Shown in pieces: positions 59,442 to 64,000 of a DNA stretch of 64,000 nucleotides. The translations under genes were made by a program, and so were the position numbers. Origin of the DNA: a virus (Duplodnaviria > Caudoviricetes); the IMG/VR virus record IMGVR_UViG_3300029305_002471, positions 7,669-71,668 of that record, one strand, 5' to 3'. The notes beneath the pieces were generated by a model that was not told the origin of the DNA, did not search any database, and saw nothing but the letters and a program-made list of their open reading frames with translations. Every line of letters starts with the position of its first letter. The first letter of the stretch is position 1.

Positions 59442-59467
59442 CCCCAGGCCACTTTGGTCTGGGGTTG
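59439..59467 (-). terminator. Hairpin after the Sak4-like gene
   Basis: CAACCCCAGGCC/GGTCTGGGGTTG stem. Confidence 0.6.
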
Positions 59468-59471
59468 CATA

Positions 59472-60440
59472 TTACATTAGTTCAGCTTTAATATCACCAA
59501 TAATAAGGTGAATAAACTCTGCTTGGTCAGGAGTAGCATCACTAACTTTCTTACCGCGGCCTAAGTAGCGGTCTACTACAGCGGTAATTTTAGGAGCATT
59601 ACCTTGGTCCTTACTCATAAGAGTTCCAGCCAACTCGCTGAATTCAGCCATTAACTTATCATAGTCATAAGAAACGGTCGCAGGAATTACAACTCGTTCA
59701 TTTGTAACAAACTGATTATTAGTTTCGCTAGCTTCTTTATCAATAGCTTCATTTAAAGCATCTACCAAGCTTTGATAGGAGAAATTAATAACAGGAGCAA
59801 TATGTTTAAAGCGACACTTACAATCAACACTACCATCAGCAGAGCGCAGAATTAATCTACGTTGAGTGCCTTCAACTTCAATATAACCTACAATATCAGC
59901 CATATTCTTAATAATTTCGTTGTAAGCAGTAGAACAAGAAGGAACAATTTGATTATATTCATTTCCATTCTTGGGTTTGAAGGTCTTATCTTTAGAATGA
60001 CTAATAAAGATAACAGCATAACCTTCCATCGTAATAGTGCGGAAAGTAGTTTCCCACTCACGCTTTACCTTAGCCCAGCCATTGGTAGACCAGCCGCCGT
60101 CGCCGATATTTTCAATACCAAGTTGAGAACAAATATACTTTTCACAAAGTACAGAAGCGATATCTACTGTATCTACAATAATAGTGCGGAACATAGCCTT
60201 AACATCGGGTTTCTTAAGCTCGCGTAGAACTTCTTTCATTTGACCCCAGGTTGTAATATCTTGCGCCATTACTCCTGGAAGAGCGTTATATCCACGTTCA
60301 AAAGCTAGAAGTAGGGCTCCAGGCGCCTATACACCAAAAGTTGTTTTTCCGGCTCCACCGGGACCATAAATATAAGTAATATAGCCACTAAGGTCGCGAG
60401 AGACCTTAGTTGGCTAAATATTTAAAAGATTGATAGCCAT
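59472..60440 (-). CDS. Sak4/AAA_24-like ATPase recombinase (322 aa)
   Basis: IYGPGGAGKTT Walker A, IIVDTVD, VIFISH, ADIVGY; two N-terminal TAG. Confidence 0.8.
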
Positions 60441-60456
60441 AAGTCAACCTCCTAAA

Positions 60457-61383
60457 TTAGAAGTTGAATGCACCTTGAGCAGGAGCGGCTGCAGCTTGAT
60501 TTTTGGAAGCCTTGTACTCGTCCTGACGAGCCTTAATAGTTGCCAAATGAGTTGCACGATTTTCCATAGCGGTCTTCATTTCAGCAGCTGTAATTGTGCT
60601 CTCATCATCCCAAGCATAGGTTTCAGAAGCAGCCCAATTTACCACATAGTCTTTACGAGTGCTAGAGTATTCACGAACGGAAGGAGCACCAAAGGCAGAC
60701 TCTTCGGTTACAGTACGCTTAACAACCTCGGAAACAATCTGTCCACGAAGCTTTGTGAATACAGGCTCGCTCTGAGTGATACCTAAACTTTCAAAATAAG
60801 AAATAGCAGCAGGCATAGTAACTGATAATTCAATAGGTAGTAAAGCTTTGCGGAAATCAAAAATTCCACCCTTTAAAATTAACTTTTCAGGCAGATTCTT
60901 CTCTTCATCAGCCTCCATCATACGAGTACCAGTAATAACCATATCGACCTCGAAGGTGCTACGCATATCTTCTGCCTCAAGAGAGGTGACAACAGAAACA
61001 AATCCACCTTCAATACGCTTGGCACTTACCAGCTCCTCTTGGCCATTACGGTCAGAATAGAACTCATTTAAGGCAATAGCGGAATCAACGGTAACTACAG
61101 CAGCCTTGTCGGCGCCATGCTGAATTACATTACACAGACGACCCTCAATAATATCCTTTAGAACATTAAAGGTAGCATTAGTCTTACCCTTAGAAGTCTT
61201 TTCTGTGGTATAAGTGAAATGAACAGTGACAATATTTGTCATATCATCATTAGTAGCAATATCAAGATTACCACTAATAAAAATTGTGCCAGGATTAGCG
61301 GACTTAGGGCCGCTCTCCTTGATTTCCAAAGAGTGCTGATAAATCCATCCATTTAAATGTGCTTTATTTTTTACATTCATCAT
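60457..61383 (-). CDS. Putative single-stranded DNA-binding protein (308 aa, no TAG)
   Basis: Beta-rich tandem OB-like pattern, next to the recombinase, C-terminal aromatic tail GAFNF. Confidence 0.55.
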   Translation of the reverse strand: MMNVKNKAHLNGWIYQHSLEIKESGPKSANPGTIFISGNLDIATNDDMTNIVTVHFTYTTEKTSKGKTNATFNVLKDIIEGRLCNVIQHGADKAAVVTVDSAIALNEFYSDRNGQEELVSAKRIEGGFVSVVTSLEAEDMRSTFEVDMVITGTRMMEADEEKNLPEKLILKGGIFDFRKALLPIELSVTMPAAISYFESLGITQSEPVFTKLRGQIVSEVVKRTVTEESAFGAPSVREYSSTRKDYVVNWAASETYAWDDESTITAAEMKTAMENRATHLATIKARQDEYKASKNQAAAAPAQGAFNF

Positions 61384-61399
61384 AACTTTTTATTTCTCC

Positions 61400-61768
61400 T
61401 TAATCTTCAATAATAAAATTTTTACCTTTTTCAGTAATTGAATAAATTGTGGGAGAGTCTCCCATTTTCTCCACAAAACCATCAGTTACAAGCTTACGCA
61501 AAGAACCAGAAACTCCACGAGAAGAAATAAAAAGTCCTTCTGCAATATCTCTAGCCTTCCATAAGGTTTTGTCTTGGTTCTGTTGGAGATATAATAAAAC
61601 CTGTTTACCATTGTCAGTTAAAACGGGCTTATCATTCTTTTTGTCATTCAAAGCTTCAATATAAGCTTGAATATTAGATGTCATCTTTTCTTCTACAACG
61701 TTCGGCGCAGCGGCCATTAAAGCATTTAAAAACTCAATAAATTCTTGTTTCAATGTAATCATTCTCAC
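61400..61768 (-). CDS. Winged-helix DNA-binding protein
   Basis: WKARDIAEGLFISSRGVSGSLRKLVTDGFVEK..YSITEKG. Confidence 0.75.
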   Translation of the reverse strand: MRMITLKQEFIEFLNALMAAAPNVVEEKMTSNIQAYIEALNDKKNDKPVLTDNGKQVLLYLQQNQDKTLWKARDIAEGLFISSRGVSGSLRKLVTDGFVEKMGDSPTIYSITEKGKNFIIED

Positions 61769-61791
61769 TTTCTTATTTATCTTATAGATAT

Positions 61792-61820
61792 ATTATAACA
61801 CAAATTTTATAGAAAATCAA
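61792..61820 (-). promoter_or_regulatory. Sigma-A promoter
   Basis: TTGATT-17-TATAAT. Confidence 0.65.
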
Positions 61821-62483
61821 TTACATTCTTCCACAACTATGAGCTTCAGTACATTTTCCAAGCCATTCGCATTTTGGCATAAAATAGTTATCAACAATAT
61901 ATTCCCACTCTGGCGAATAATCTCTTAAGGCTTGTTTATAGTCTTCAAACAATTCTCTAAATTCCCAATAAGCTCTTACACACTCTCTTTGATGGGACAT
62001 ATCAATTAGGTTGCGTAAATTGCGCTTATCAACAATTGAAGTTGTCATACCAAGAGGTAGCAAGTTGGCGCTATCTTCACGAGGAATTCCTTCTATTTCC
62101 AGAAGACGCAACGCTTCACGGATATGTTTCATACCTTTTACATAAGCATAATGTGCTTCTTTATTCTTCTCAATGGAAGGAGGCATGATATAATCAAAAC
62201 CTTTTTGATAATCAATATATCGAGTAGAGGATTGAACTCGAGTGGGTGCGCCACCGATATGAGTATACCATTCACGGATAACGCGCGCACTATATCCATC
62301 GATTACTGAATAAACATCGGGAAATTCTAGTGTACGTCCATGGTTAGAGGCAAGCATTTCTAATCCTCGTTTATAATTCTTTTCATCATTTGAAACATCT
62401 GAACCATAACAAATTCCTGCCTCTCTTCCAATCATAGTAATTGGATTTTTAGTTGTATATTCTTGAATAATTACTTTTCCCAT
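61821..62483 (-). CDS. thyX: Flavin-dependent thymidylate synthase ThyX (divergent motif)
   Basis: HGRTLEF, QSSTRY, PREDSANLLP, NLRNLI..R...AYWEFR. Confidence 0.8.
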   Translation of the reverse strand: MGKVIIQEYTTKNPITMIGREAGICYGSDVSNDEKNYKRGLEMLASNHGRTLEFPDVYSVIDGYSARVIREWYTHIGGAPTRVQSSTRYIDYQKGFDYIMPPSIEKNKEAHYAYVKGMKHIREALRLLEIEGIPREDSANLLPLGMTTSIVDKRNLRNLIDMSHQRECVRAYWEFRELFEDYKQALRDYSPEWEYIVDNYFMPKCEWLGKCTEAHSCGRM

Positions 62484-62494
62484 AACTTACCTCA

Positions 62495-63610
62495 TTATTT
62501 TATACTATATCCAAAATCCTTGGCATGAAAAAAGTCTTGCCAATAATCCTCTCTTGCATCTAAATTGTCTCGTTCACACTCTTCCAAAAGCTCAAATGTG
62601 AAGTTCTCTACGCCAAATTCTAGCATTGCTGGATAGAGCTTATTGCGTGTTGGCGCTTCTGCTCCAAGTCCACGCTTGATATGTTGCCGCCAACGACTAG
62701 CTATATCAGCCGCTTGACCAACATAACACATTTGATTTTCTAGATTAGTAATTTTATATATACCAGTTTTAATACCACTACCGATAACTCTACCAATCAT
62801 ATCTGTATAAGGTTTTTCATAATAAACTTTCCAAATGACCTTATTCAAAGCTTCACGGTCACGCAAGAAAGGTTCTACAGCACGCAATTGTGCGATTTCA
62901 TGAAGGTCGCTTTCGGGGATAACAAGACGATAAAAATTCTGTTCTTGGCGTTTCTCTTCATCGCGTTTTGCGGCGGCCACCGCAGCATCAACAGCCGACT
63001 ATAGAATATTTAACTCTTTTTCAAGATTTTCTTTGCGTTTTGTGGCTTCTTCTAATCGCTCTTGGAAACACTAAACGCATTCGCGCATAGTATCAAAGTA
63101 TATATTATTATAACTAGAAATTTGGTCCTAACACTGTAGAGCTGCTTGTTCTACTGCTCTATCAAGCTATTCACAAGCTAGTGCCATTTGCTAGTCAAGA
63201 AAAGTTTTAGCAGTTTTTTCTGCGTCAATTTTAGACTATTCTAAATTTTTGGATATATCTTCTCTTTGGGCAGTCATATGAGTAATGTCTACACCCAAAG
63301 TTTCTTTTTTTATTTGAAGAGCATTAACTTCATGTAAAATTTCATCAATTTTTTGATTATTAGTTAAAATATTTTCTTCACATTCTTGTTGACTTTTTTT
63401 ACGACGAAGCTCTATCTCTAAAAGTTCTGCTTCATTCTATTTTCTTCGAGCTTCAAAAACTTTTTGCTATTTTTCAAAAAGTTCTTTTTCAGCTTGTAAA
63501 TTTTCATAATTAATTTCTCGGATTTTTTCTTGCGGCATTTTGCGAATAACTAACCATGCGATACCAAAACCGCAGGCCGCACCGAGAATAGCCGCGATTA
63601 TTAGTTCCAT
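62495..63610 (-). CDS. N-terminal TM, long coiled coil and C-terminal GIY-YIG nuclease domain (371 aa)
   Basis: MELIIAAILGAACGFGIAWLVIRK TM; in frame with the 62495-62980 fragment across several TAGs; TGIYKITN..YVGQA..RWRQH. Confidence 0.75.
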
Positions 63611-63621
63611 AAATCTAATTA

Positions 63622-63656
63622 GAAAAAATAAGGGGTAAGATTGACTTACCCCTTAT
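63622..63656 (-). terminator. Intrinsic terminator
   Basis: ATAAGGGGTAAG/CTTACCCCTTAT stem followed by a T-run on the minus strand. Confidence 0.75.
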
Positions 63657-63675
63657 GGGATTTTCTTAAGTTAGA

Positions 63676-64000
63676 TTAAGCCTCAGCGTTGGGGTCTAGT
63701 GCCATTCCCTCGTCGGTCAGGACCAGGTACTTAACAGCAACATCAGCCTCAACGGTGACAGGAGTGCGAGCAGCAAAGCCCTTACGAACTAGAGAGTTAA
63801 AAGAACCATTAACAACACGCTTGTCAGCATTCAGAGCAGTAGCCATGTCATCTAGAGTTACAATTTCACCCTTGTTAGCAGCCAGATACTCAAAGATAGC
63901 CTTGATAGTATCGCTCATTTCAGCCTTGTCGCAAGCTTCGCCTTCAGCGGTAACAGACAGAGCGGAAATCTCTGCGGTGCCGGGAATAGTTGCGTCAACA
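63676..64000 (-). CDS. Winged-helix protein, partial (frame open to the window edge)
   Basis: VTLDDMATALNADKRVVNGSFNSLVRKG..LVLTDEG; frame remains open upstream of ATG 63918. Confidence 0.65.
   Translation of the reverse strand, partial: VDATIPGTAEISALSVTAEGEACDKAEMSDTIKAIFEYLAANKGEIVTLDDMATALNADKRVVNGSFNSLVRKGFAARTPVTVEADVAVKYLVLTDEGMALDPNAEA

Noticed and set aside
1-64000. Suppressor tRNA-CUA, release factor or tRNA synthetase supporting the recoding
   Set aside because: No cloverleaf or such gene was recognisable in the short intergenic gaps; it may lie outside the window (tRNAscan/Aragorn would settle this).

Overview
This window is part of a large tailed-phage genome, probably infecting a Firmicutes/Clostridia host (AAGGAG ribosome-binding sites, consensus sigma-A promoters, DnaE-type polymerase). 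It uses a recoded genetic code in which TAG = Gln (code 15), so the supplied ORF track shatters most genes at in-frame TAGs. I rebuilt the genes by reading TAG as Q; they then end in TAA or TGA. The plus strand (1302-40946) is a late region: a putative sigma-like regulator, a Zn-finger terminase-associated gene, a terminase large subunit split by a group IA intron carrying a GIY-YIG homing endonuclease, then portal, protease/scaffold, decoration protein, major capsid protein, neck, tail tube, a ~2856-aa tape measure, tail-tip/baseplate genes and a holin. These are followed by a separately promoted six-gene cassette of unknown function. The minus strand (40966-64000 and 1-1142) carries replication and nucleotide-metabolism genes: RuvC, dUTPase, NrdG/NrdD with NrdR-like boxes, guanylate kinase, DnaE, a Dda-like helicase, a signal-anchored lysozyme, RecJ, primase, DnaB, a Sak4-like ATPase, an SSB-like protein, ThyX and a membrane-anchored GIY-YIG protein. 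A tripartite ~45-bp motif (TGGRCAA-N8-AAT-N13-TTTTCA) recurs upstream of late units and is probably a phage-specific promoter. No tRNA, CRISPR array or integrase was seen. All product calls come from motif recognition and gene order; no database search was run.
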